A DNA stretch of 63,084 bases, filler included, from Octopus bimaculoides (Eukaryota), in the NCBI RefSeq assembly GCF_001194135.2. It is 6 parts of 6 records of this genome, joined end to end, with 100 filler letters (N's around TTAATTAATTAA, not from the genome) between each part and the next. Parts side by side here need not be neighbours in the genome. Positions count along the whole stretch, not along the records: positions 41,505 to 53,959 come from NC_068996.1; positions 54,060 to 58,625 come from NW_026313939.1; positions 58,726 to 63,084 come from NC_068987.1; 3 more parts are not named here. One strand, 5' to 3'. Shown in pieces: positions 52,885 through 63,084 of this stretch. The notes under the pieces are model-generated. The model was not told the origin of the DNA. It was given only the letters and a program-made list of their open reading frames with translations, and searched no databases. Each line of letters starts with the position of its first letter. Positions within the stretch are counted from its first letter, which is position 1. Position numbers and translations under genes: made by a program.

Positions 52885-54204
52885 ATATAGTAAATGATGA
52901 TCTAGCAGATGAAAAGAAGTGAGTGTTTAGGGTGTACAAATCTTAAGCAATAAAACCGCGCTGTCTGAAATAAGAAAGAGCAACAGAAATCTTGATACAG
53001 CATAGATTGTTTGCAGAAAGGTATCCGCTCATGGAAGGGTATATATTTGAATGAAGACAGATAGAAATAGAGAAGGGGAGAGACAGACAGACAAACAGAC
53101 AGAAAGAGTGATTGAGAGAAAAGAGAGAGGCAGGATTTGTGGAATTAAGGAAGAGAGAGAGGAAACAGAAAACTGAAGAGACATGCAGAGAGAAAGTGAG
53201 CGCGAAAGACTAAGACAGAGACTTGTAAAGAATGAAAAGTTTAGTCAAAATTAGAGTTAAATTAAACATGCAAGAGAAAGATGGTGAAAATACAATGAAG
53301 TTTAAGATGAGGTGGGAAAAGTAAGGCTACCAAGGCTTAGCAAAGACATCACGACGTCTCTATTTTTCCCTCTTTCTCTCTCTCTCTCTCCTTCTCTCTC
53401 TCCCTTCTTCTGCGTTTGTCTGGGTTATTTCTCAACTGTACCTTCATGAGCAAAACGAAGCACGTTCAGTTGAAAGTATTTTTTGACTACAACGACAGGA
53501 AAATACTAAGAACTTAGATAGATAGATATGTTTCTTTATTAGCCACACAGGGCTCAACATAGAGGGGACAAAATACAAATGTAGAGTTTTTCTTTTCGAT
53601 GGGGACGAAAATAAAGTAAAAAATAAAATGGGGATAACGATGAAAAGGCATCGAGAAAATGTTTGGGGTATGTACAAAAAAAAAAAGAAATGAAAATATT
53701 ACTAAAATTTGCCAATAAATGGGGAGGTTATCCGTGGAAAGAAAAACCTACGGAAAAGACCACGATAACCTCGGTCCTCAGTGTCACAATTTGTTAAATA
53801 AAATTCCTTTTATTTATGCAAGAAACATAAGTAACTCTCTGTTTACAAAATTTTTAACGTTTTATAGAATCATGGTCAAGGTGGCTTCGTCGGTCATACG
53901 TGCCATTCTTGTTACATGTATCCATCTTTTGTCGAAACATTTGCTAGACAACACTTGCCNNNNNNNNNNNNNNNNNNNNNNNNNNNNNNNNNNNNNNNNN
54001 NNNTTAATTAATTAANNNNNNNNNNNNNNNNNNNNNNNNNNNNNNNNNNNNNNNNNNNNGTGTATATAGATGCATATCCGGGTACAGGACATTAGAAAAA
54101 TGAACGGCAGCATAAAAACAAAACGGACTTTGTTTACAGACAATAAAACGAACACATAGGAAAACAAACAAGCCACTTAGAATTATTCCTTCATCATATT
54201 ACCC

Positions 54205-54862
54205 AATTATCAACTCGCATAAGGTTAGATTTGGATTCTCGAACACCAAAAATTTGTTACAGATAATATCTTCCCACAATCTCAGATTTTTGGGTTCATC
54301 TATCGACGGCCATCCCAAACATAACCATAATATTAGTAATGTTCAAACCGGTAGCAATAATAATTACTCCAACAATTTAACCCACACAAGTAGTATGCCC
54401 AATATTGGGGATCACATAAATATCTGTAACAATAATAGGATTAGCAACAAGATTAGCATATCGGAATTAAATCCTAATAGAATCATGTTTTTGAGTGAGA
54501 ATTCAAGGACCAAAAAGGTAACTTCTAACACTGATGTCGCATATTATGTAGTTAGCTCATCGACACAGGTATCCAAGAGAATCTCGAATTATTATTCGTC
54601 GTTTAGAGATAGAAATAAAGCTATAACTACTGGCCTAAGTAAATTTATTTGGGAACTGAAGGATTTCAATAAGCAATTCTCTTTGGAATGGTCCATACTG
54701 GCCACCTCAGTTCCCTATGATAAGGGGAGGGAATTCTACCCTCTTTGTAACTTAGAACTTTTTTATATCCTGTTCTCCAAGAATCGCCTAGTTAACCAAA
54801 TCACTCAGAGGGCGTACCGCTGTCAGCACTTCAAGAAACATACCTTCTTTTACTACAGCTAG
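54205..54862 (+). mobile_element. Penelope-like element fragment (Naiad-type linker plus GIY-YIG endonuclease C-terminus)
   Basis: NSHKVRFGFSNTKNLLQIISSHN, Asn-rich linker, AYYVVSSSTQVSKRISNYYSSFRDRNKAITTGLSKFIWELKD...FSLEWSIL...YPLCNLE...LVN...CQH matches the PLE pattern; motifs partly degraded. Confidence 0.8.
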
Positions 54863-56499
54863 CTCCATCATTCCCACTAGGTTAGGTTCCAAGCAGTATT
54901 TTTATTATAGTTATTATAACTTTTGTTTTTTACTAATATCCTATGACTAATTTCCACTTCTTCATCAACCACAACTTGCCTTTTCCCCTTCTATAGTTGA
55001 TTAATTTTTTTCCTTCCCAGTAATTACAGCTAAGGCTACCTTGTATCACCAACTGCTTTGCCATGGATCTGACCTTCTCCTTATTAGCATGTATTTTGTT
55101 ATTACTATTATTATTTCTCAGCTAACACCCTATACTTTAGTTTTACACTGATTAACGCTAAAATAAGTATATTAATATATAACAGGGTAATGATATTTCT
55201 TTTATCATGTTTATGCTCTTCGCTTCAAATCAGTATGTTATTAATCGTAATATTTTTTATAGCCTTAAACAAAACACATGTGTGTGTATTTGGGTACATA
55301 CATGCATACGTGTGTTTGTGAGTGCATGTGAGGGCGGGCGTGTGTGGGTGTGTGAATGGGTACATGTGTGTGTGTGAGTATGCATATGGGTGTATACTTG
55401 TACATACATACAAGTGTGTACAAATATATACAAATGTGTGTGCGTGTGTGTATGTGCATGCGTGCATATGTAGGTTCGTGCGTGTGTGGGTTTTTGCACG
55501 TCTGTATATGTACAGGAATGTATGTATATATACAGGCAAGAAAGTAAAGGTGCGCGTGTGTGTGTGTGCACATGTATTTGTGAAGGTTTCGGTATGGGGG
55601 TGTGTGTGTTTGTGTTTGTGTTTATGTGTGTGAATGGGTAGGTTCACATAAGCATATGTATGTATGGATATATATGGGCGCACATGTACGAGCACGGGGC
55701 GTGTGTGTGTGTGTGTGTGTGTAAGGATGCAGGTGCGTATGTGTATGTTTACATATANNNNNNNNNNNNNNNNNNNNNNNNNNNNNNNNNNNNNNNNNNN
55801 NNNNNNNNNNNNNNNNNNNNNNNNNNNNNNNNNNNNNNNNNNNNNNNNNNNNNNNNNNNNNNNNNNNNNNNNNNNNNNNNNNNNNNNNNNNNNNNNNNNN
55901 NNNNNNNNNNNNNNNTATATATATATATATGCGCATATGTAGGTGTACATGCATATATACATGCATGTGTGCGTGTGTGTGCATGTATACGTATGTATGT
56001 GTGTGCGGATGTGGATACTTGCATGTTTGTATATATACAGGAATGTAGGTATATATACAGGCACGTATGTATAGGTGAGCGTGTATGTACATATGTACAT
56101 GTGAAGGTTTCTGTATGGATGTGTGTATGTGTATGGGTGTATGTGGGTGTGCGGGTATGTGTACATGGGTGTGCGCATATGTATGTGTGTATGTGCGTAC
56201 ACGCACGTGTTTGTACATATGTGTCTGTGCGCTAGCAAACACATATGCAAACATTCACTATAATTATCTCCCCATACCCAAATAACTCTTTGACCTCAAC
56301 CTTTAGCATCACATCAAAAACACCCTCCCTTTATATTTCTATGTAAACTAGCGTTCTTATTCCTAAAGTCCATGGAATAATATCGTTGACACCGTCATAA
56401 CTCTATGTAAACAAACCTAACGGTCACTGACCATGTAACATCTCAGCTCGTAAGTTACCCCATCATTTCGTTTTTGTTTTGCTATTATATGTTTTATTA

Positions 56500-56586
56500 T
56501 GATCTCCCTGATGAGAAATAAATGAGGAATCCAGCAACCCTTTCTTCTTTGCGAAATGACTTGTTTCGAAACATATGTAGGAATTA
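56500..56586 (+). ncRNA. Minimal type I hammerhead ribozyme (probable Penelope-like pLTR)
   Basis: CUGAUGA at 56508-56514; 7-bp stem II gaaauaa/uuguuuc with a large loop; GAAA; palindromic stem III ACAUAUGU; GUA triplet (cut after 56579); 7-bp stem I with one bulge. Confidence 0.7.
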
Positions 56587-56655
56587 AAGGAACTTTCATC
56601 GACATGCGTTTTGCTCCAGTTGTTGTTATTATCCATATATATATATATATATATA

Positions 56656-57238
56656 TCGGTAAAAATGTGTTTTTTTATAGTAGTCTGACCTTAGAGTCCC
56701 TCATGGCGTGAGGCGTTATTATATAGTAATGCCCTTATATAAATATAAATATATATTTCGGGAATAAATGATGAATTTTTCCCTTATGAGGTTTTTTTCA
56801 CGCTAGCTACTTGATAAATTCTTGTAAAAGAATTCGTCCTATTATTGAATTTAAATATATTACCAGAATATATTCAGTGCTGAATTTATTCTGAGTAAGA
56901 GGCATATTTACCGAGATGCAATTCGAAATTCCCACCACTTACATAGGGAAATAGCGATGAACAGTCGTCCATATGCTATGCTGGATACATGGTGTTCGTT
57001 TGGTATGTTGATTCACTGTTTATTTCTATTTTCTGGACCGTATTATACTGACGAGTAGAAGTTGTATAATACTACAATAACTACGAAATCATGATCTATA
57101 ATTTAGTTCGTTTTTTTAAGGGGTTGGCTTTGAGAGTTGCATTTCCTCGCATTCGGTAAAAATGTGTTTTTTTATAGTAGTCTGACCTTAGAGTCCCTCA
57201 TGGCGTGAGGCGTTATTATATAGTAATGCCCTTATATA
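56656..57238 (+). mobile_element. 497-bp HHR-bearing unit with perfect 86-bp terminal direct repeat, inserted in (TA)n (retrozyme-like)
   Basis: 56656-56741 identical to 57153-57238; no ORF; (TA)n on both sides; contains an intact HHR. Confidence 0.8.
57042..57102 (+). ncRNA. Type I hammerhead ribozyme with intact core
   Basis: auuaua-CUGACGA-guag-aag-uugua-uaauac-uacaa-uaa-cuac-GAAA-ucauga-UC-uauaau; 6-bp stem I, G10.1-C11.1, palindromic stem III AUCAUGAU, AUC triplet (cut after 57096). Confidence 0.88.
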
Positions 57239-57267
57239 TATATATATATATATATACATATATATAT

Positions 57268-58625
57268 GTCACGGAGAGGAACATAGGCCAAATAATTAGG
57301 GAGAGAGTCAGTTTAGATGAGATGCAGTTTGGGCTTGTACCAGGGAAAAGCACCACTGATGCTATATTTCTGGTAAGACAGCTGTAGGAGAAATACCTAG
57401 CCAAAGATAAACCTGTGTACCTGGCTTTCGTTAACATGAAGGAAGTATTTGACAGGGTCCTCCATTCCTTTATCTGGTGGTCAATGAAGAAATTATGGAC
57501 AGATGAATGGTTAGTGAGAGCTGTACAATCCATGTATAGGGATGGATGCTGTCAGTAAGGTGAGGGTTGACAACGAGTACAGTGAAGAATTCCGGAGAGG
57601 GGTAGGGATCCATCAAGGATCAGTCCTCAGCCCCTCTTATTCATCATAGTCCTCTAGGCAATAACAGAGGAATTCAAAACAGGATGCCCCTGGGAGCTTC
57701 TCTATACTGATCACCCTGCTCTAATTGCTGAGTCACTATCAGAACTAGAAGACAAGTTTCAGATGTGGAAGCAAGGATTAGAATCAAAGGACCTTAGAGT
57801 CAACCTAGCAAAAACCAAAGTCTTAAGAAATAGGAAGGCAGACAAACTACAAATCCCTTCAGGTAGATGGCCCTGCTCGATCAGTAGAAAAGGTGCAGTT
57901 AAAAACTCCATAAGATGTACCCAGTGTAAGCTATGGACACATAAGAGGTGCAGCAATATCAAAGGAAGGCTAACTAGGAAGACAGTTTTTGTGTTTGGCA
58001 AATGCTCAGGAGCAATAAACACTGAAAATGTGCAGAGAACAGCTCCCGTCACATTCCAGGGGGAAAACTACAAGTAGTTGATAGCTTCCATTACGTAAGT
58101 GACCAAAACAGTTGCGTGGTGGATGCTCTGAAAATGTAGATGCTACCTCTACTGGTGACAAAGGGCCTCTCGCTCCTACCTCTCTCAGAGTAAAAGGTAG
58201 ACTGTATTACGCATGTGTGCAAACAGTCATACTACATGGCAGTGAAACATGGGCCATGGTTGCAGAGGACATGCATAAGCTTGCAAGGAATTATGCCAGT
58301 ATGCTCTGCTGGATGTGTAATACCAGTGTGCATACATGACAGAGTGTAAGTGCCCTGAGAGAAAAGTTGGACTTAAGAAGAAGCAGATGTGCAAGAGAGA
58401 CGATTGCGATGGTATGGTCATGTGGCGAGAATGGATGAGGATAGCTGTGTGAAAAAGTGTCACACCCAAGCAGTTGAGGGAACGTATGGAAGAGGTAGAC
58501 TCAGGAAGACCTGGGATGCGGTGGTGAAGTACGACCTTCGAACATTGGGCCTCACCGAGGCAATGACAAGTAACAGAGACCTTTGGAAATATGCTGTGCT
58601 TGAGAAGACCTGGCAAGCCAAGTGA
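57268..58625 (+). mobile_element. RTE-clade LINE, reverse transcriptase to C-terminus, pseudogenised
   Basis: SLDEMQFGLVPGKSTTDAIFLVRQL, LAFVNMKEVFDRV, GIHQGSVLSP, LYTDH (YADD decayed), Cys-rich insertion CSI..KG...SIRCTQCKLWTHKRCS, LHGSETW, RRLRWYGHVARM, GRGRLRKTW; stops and frameshifts. Confidence 0.93.
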
Positions 58626-58726
58626 NNNNNNNNNNNNNNNNNNNNNNNNNNNNNNNNNNNNNNNNNNNNTTAATTAATTAANNNNNNNNNNNNNNNNNNN
58701 NNNNNNNNNNNNNNNNNNNNNNNNNT

Positions 58727-58910
58727 TATGGCACACAAATGACTTGTTTTGTTTATGCCTTTCCCTCCGGTTTTTTGTTCTATGTGTGCCATAAATATCG
58801 CCATCCGTTTAGAGAAAAATTTGTAGTTTAGAATCAGTAGTTCTTTGACTGCTATTTCTAAATTTTCAGTATGTTGGAGAAGCAACTCAATGCTAATCCC
58901 TGTATATTTA

Positions 58911-58920
<10 letters not shown>
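58727..58920 (+). mobile_element. Partial inverted copy of the 573-bp unit
   Basis: Reverse complement cataaatatacagggatt...gcttctccaacatactga...atagcagtcaaagaactactgatt...gcgatattt...cagaacaaaaa matches 30350-30500; starts at (TA)n; cut by a linker before the HHR. Confidence 0.85.
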
Positions 58921-58953
<33 letters not shown>

Positions 58954-59284
58954 GATAGATAGATAAATAGATGGACATTTATACAATCGACTTCTTTTAG
59001 TCTCCATCTATCAAACCCACTCACACAGTTTTAATCAGCCTCAGATTACAGTAGAAGACACTTGCCTAAGGTGATTTCGTCTTATTAATCAAACTTCACT
59101 TCATTAAATAAAAAAAGAAAAATACTAAAGGAATAATCATAAGTGGTTGAAGCATTTAGAGAGTCTGTAATTGGTAATCATCTTATATTGTTATACTAAT
59201 CAGCCATGTATTAATTAGTACAGCAAAGCTTAATGACAGTCCATGGTTGATTAATATCTTTATCCTACTTTGGGATGTTTAAAA

Positions 59285-59475
59285 ATTTATACTTTGTCTT
59301 ACACTTCGTCATCAACATTGTCATCATCAGTATTATCATCATGGTTGTTGTCAATGTTGTCATCATCATCATCATCATCATCATCATGACCATCAGGATC
59401 ATCGCTGTCATTTTCACTGCCATCATCATCATCATCATCAACATTATCATCGTCATAACCACCGCTGCCGCTGCC

Positions 59476-59508
<33 letters not shown>

Positions 59509-59760
59509 ATCATCATCATCATCATCATCATCACCACCATCATCATCATTATCGTCGTCATCATCATCATCATCATCACCATTATTGTTGTCATCATCAT
59601 CAGCAACATCGTTATCATTGTCATCGTCACCATCTTTGAGATCATAATCATCGTCATCATTGTCTTCGTCATCGTCATCATTATTGTAGTTGTCTTCACC
59701 ATCACCACTACTGCCACCACGACCACCACCACCACCACCACCACCACCACCACTACCATT
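59285..59760. repeat. Cryptic (CAT/CAC)n triplet-repeat tract
   Basis: Degenerate ATC/GTC/ACC triplets; similar tracts at 6920-7114, 15620-16060 and 20178-20500. Confidence 0.9.
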
Positions 59761-59809
59761 CTACATCGATGAATTTATTTTTTTATAATACTTGAATTTA
59801 TTGGACGGG

Positions 59810-60146
59810 TCTTCACTAGAACAGCACTTTGTCACTTGTCACAGTCCTCTGCCATCTCATTAACGAGGATTCAGTCTCTTGATAATCAGCCTTCACCACT
59901 TCTTCCCAACCCTTCCTCATGCCTCCTCTTCTACATTTTCCTTCCACTTGAAGCACTTGGCATTGCTTGCCTGTCTGTACCAGCACATTTCTGCTCTTGC
60001 ACACTACATCAGATTTCTCTTTTACCCATCATTTCACTCAGCTTTTTCGTTCCCTGTTGTTCAACCACAACTAACACTACACATCTTGTGAACCATGCTT
60101 GTCTCATATCCTTCCAGCATTTACACATCCTCTGCATTAGTAACCA
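59810..60146 (-). mobile_element. Older RTE LINE C-terminal fragment
   Basis: Minus TWLLMQRM... and VEGKCRRGGMRKGWEEVVKAD parallel ETWAMVAEDM and VEGTYGRGRLRKTWDAVVKYD at 58230-58560. Confidence 0.75.
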
Positions 60147-60500
60147 TGTCTCATCATCATCACCATTTAACGTCTGCTTTCCATGCTGGCATGGGTTGGA
60201 TGGTTTGACTGAGGACTGACAAGTCAGAAGTTTGCACCAGGCTCCAATCTGTTCTGGCAAGGTTTCTACAACTGGATGCCCTTCCTAACGCCAGAATGTA
60301 GTGGGTGCTTTTTACGTGCCACCATCACAGAAGCCAGTCTGATGGCACTGGCATCAGCCACACTCAAATGGTGCTTTTAATGTGCCACTGGCATAAGTGT
60401 CACTTAAGCAGCACTGGCATTAGTGATGATGATTTCACTTGACTCAACAGGTCTTCTCAAGTACAGCATATTGCCCAATGATTGAAGGGCACTTTTAAAC
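60147..60500 (-). mobile_element. RTE LINE 3' end (last codons, 3' UTR, (ATG)n tail)
   Basis: Minus caatatgctgtacttgagaagacctgttgagtcaagtga matches the LINE end at 58587-58625; finishes gacgttaaatggtgatgatgatg. Confidence 0.8.
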
Positions 60501-60519
60501 GGGCCGGTTATGCGACACT

Positions 60520-60828
60520 GTTATTGTTGTTTGTTCATTCTCGAGCCATGCCTGGCTCATAAGGTTTGGTTTCCCAGCTTCATCGACGTATAGGTTCCCC
60601 ATCTGGATGGGACGCCGGTCTGTCACGGGTGAGCTGCTAGATGTAGGAGGAAAGAGTGAGAGAAAGTTATGGTGAAAGAATCAGCAGAAGTTCACCATTG
60701 CCTTCTGCCAGAGATGCGTGGAGATCAGGTCTTTCACTCATAGACACACACATCACCTAGTCAGAGATTTGAACCTGCAATCCCTCGGCTGCGAGTCCAC
60801 TGCTCTAACCACTCGGCCATGTGCCTCC
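60520..60828 (-). mobile_element. Full-length tRNA-derived SINE (head H1, tail T2)
   Basis: Head ggaggcacatggccgagtggttagagcag..gactcgc...ggttcaaatc like 44415; diverges after actttctctcactct into gaccggcgtcccatccag...gagccaggcatggctcgagaa...caaacaacaa. Confidence 0.85.
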
Positions 60829-60865
60829 ACATACTATAAACAGTGTATGTATTATTTATCATTTA

Positions 60866-61100
60866 ACTTTTACCCTTCCCTTGTTTCAGTCACTGGATTG
60901 CGACCATGCTGGAGCACCGCCTTGAAGGATTTTAGTGGAAGGAATTCAACCCCAGTACTTACATCTTGTGTTTTTTTGGTATACTGCTTATTCTATCGAT
61001 CTCTTTTGCCTAACCACTAAGTTATGGGGACATAAACAAACCAACACCAGCTGTCAAGTGGTGGTGAAGTACAAAACACAAAGACACACAAACACACACA
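60866..61100 (-). mobile_element. SINE family B, 3' part
   Basis: cttgtttcagtca...cgaccatgctggagcaccgcc...tacttattctatcgatctcttttgcc. Confidence 0.8.
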
Positions 61101-61110
61101 CACACACACA

Positions 61111-61722
61111 TTTCTTTTCTACTATAGGCATAAAGCCTGAAATTTGTGAGAGGGGGATAGTCAATTTCATCGACCCCAGTGTGTAACTGGTACTTATTTC
61201 ATCGACCCCGAAAGGATGAAAAGCAAAGTTGACCTCCGCGAAATTTGAACGCAAAATGTAGTGACAGGCAAAATACCACTAAGCATTTCATCTCGTGTGT
61301 TAACAATTCTTTTCTACTTTAAAAACGAGGCCCGAAATTTTGGAGGAGAGCGGGGCCCGGTTGATTTGATCAACCCCAGTATGCAACTGGTACCTAATTT
61401 ATAGACCCTGAATGGACGAAAGGCAAAGTCAACCTCGGCGAAATTTGAACTCAAAATGTAGTGACGGGCGAAATGCAGCTAAGCGTTTCATTTCGTGTGC
61501 TAACAATCCTTTTCTATTTAAAGAACGAGGCCCGAAATTTTTGGGGAGGGGGGCCCAGTTGATTTGATCGACCCCAGTATGCAAATGGTACCTAATTTAT
61601 CGACCCTGAACAGATGAACAGCAAAGTTAACTTCGGCGGAATTTGAACTCAGAGCATAAAGACAAATGAAATACAACTAAGCATTTCATCCAGCGTGCTA
61701 ACGATTCTGCCAGGTCACCACC
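61111..61722 (-). mobile_element. Head-to-tail trimer of SINE family A (~200-bp period)
   Basis: Junctions taacaat.c|ttttcta at ~61308 and ~61508; only the rightmost copy keeps the complete head. Confidence 0.9.
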
Positions 61723-62174
61723 TTATATACACACATATTTATAACAGGTGTCTTGCAGTTTCCAGTCTACCAAATCCATTCGCAATGTCTTCTTTATTTT
61801 TTTTAAGGAAAAAGACATGCTTATATAGTTGATTAATAAAAAATAGTAATTAGATTAATAGAACATCACTGAGTACACAGTTTTCACACAACATACAAAG
61901 GGGGAATTCAACCTATTACATATATTCTCCTTTCTCCCTCCCCTTCCTCTCCCTCTCTCTCCCTCTCTCTCTCTCTCTATCTATCTCTCTCTCTCTCTCT
62001 CCCTCTCTCTCTCTCTCTTTCTCTTTTCCTCTCTCATCATCTCTCTTTCTTTGTCTGCTACTTATCAACCATTTCCAAATTTGCAACAGGAATGTACTCT
62101 TAGGGTGTCAAGGGACAGACAAGGGGAAGTTGTAATGTTCAGACCTTTCCTAAATCTGTTTACCTTTTAGCTAT

Positions 62175-62955
62175 TATTTTTTTACTTGTTTCAATCATTG
62201 GACTGCGACCATGCTGGAGCACTGCCTGGGGGGGGGGGGTGCAGTTTAGTTAAGCAAATCAACCACAGTACCCATGTTTTTTGTTTTAAGCCTGGTACTT
62301 ACTCTATCAGTCTCTTTTGCTGAACCGCTAGGTTACAGGGATGTAAACAAACCAACACCAGTTGTCAAGCAATAGTGGAGGACAAACACAATTACAAAGA
62401 CACACACGTACATATATACTTACAAGTGAACAAACCAACACATCCGGTCACTGATTTGAAAAGGTTGCAAGATGCAATGAGAATATTTTAGGAAAAATGA
62501 ATAAGTAAATGAGTGGCAATGGAACCAGTGGGTGTGTTAAATAATTAGGTGCTAAAAGAGAATGACTCTCCCCAGACACAGCAAAATATATATATATATA
62601 TATTTATAAAAAAGAAGTTTGAAAATGCCAATATATAAAAAATGAATTTTAATCTATAATTTTGTCAGAGATATTTTTAACATGTTTCAGTTCTTGAAAA
62701 AATGAACCTCATCAAAAATACATATTAAAAAAAAAAATTAAATTAAATGAAAAGTTCATAATTATTCTTTACTGGTGTCAACATAGTCCACGTGGGAGCA
62801 TTTTTTGTTGGTTGTATTTTGTTTTCCAAATTCACTCACAAAGCATTGGTCAGCCTGAGGCCATAATAAAAGACACAACCCAAGAGCTGCACAGTGGAAC
62901 AGAACCCTAAACTGTGTGGTTGCAAAGCAAGCTTCTTAACCACACAGCCATGCCT
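62175..62955 (-). mobile_element. SINE family B split by a ~390-bp AT-rich insertion (~62425-62815)
   Basis: 3' body at 62175-62420 and head at 62815-62955 (ccacacagccatgcc). Confidence 0.75.
62671..62723 (-). ncRNA. Degenerate hammerhead ribozyme relic
   Basis: Minus guauuu-UUGAUGA-gguuc-loop-gaacu-GAAA-caug-UU-aaaaauau: stem II and palindromic stem III ACAUGU present, but C3U is uncompensated and the triplet is GUU. Confidence 0.45.
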
Positions 62956-63084
62956 GAACTTATATCATATAAACATAATGAAAATGGAATCATCCCAAAC
63001 AGAAATTCTAAGTCGTTAGCTGGAGATTATCAGGTGCTTTTTCTTATCTGATCCACAGAGAGAGAGAAATACAATAATACCATT

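Noticed and set aside
53724-53772. 13-bp hairpin gaggttatccgtgg / ccacgataacctc
   Set aside because: Isolated stem with no recognisable RNA family; plausible by chance or as a TE remnant.

Overview
Repeat-saturated eukaryotic DNA, most likely octopus (inferred from the SINE, RTE and mariner families and the extreme microsatellite density; not proven). No complete host gene is recognisable, and nearly all long ORFs in the track come from microsatellites or N-gaps. Five identical linkers (44 N + TTAATTAATTAA + 44 N) split the window into six concatenated pieces, so adjacency across them is unreliable. Supported content: many tRNA-derived SINEs with interchangeable heads and tails, one full-length and two partial mariner transposons, RTE LINE fragments, a decayed R4/Dong-like RLE LINE split by a SINE with its TSD, and two Penelope-like (Naiad-type GIY-YIG) fragments. 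The main finding is a set of hammerhead ribozymes (HHRs) in several unrelated non-coding, (TA)n-anchored elements: a ~573-bp tandem array with one HHR per unit, a 497-bp unit with a perfect 86-bp terminal redundancy and an intact HHR, a U3:A8 compensated HHR at the tip of a ~150-nt hairpin, and an HHR downstream of a Penelope-like ORF. Together they suggest retrozyme-like circular-RNA retroelements. Their activity is inferred from structure only.
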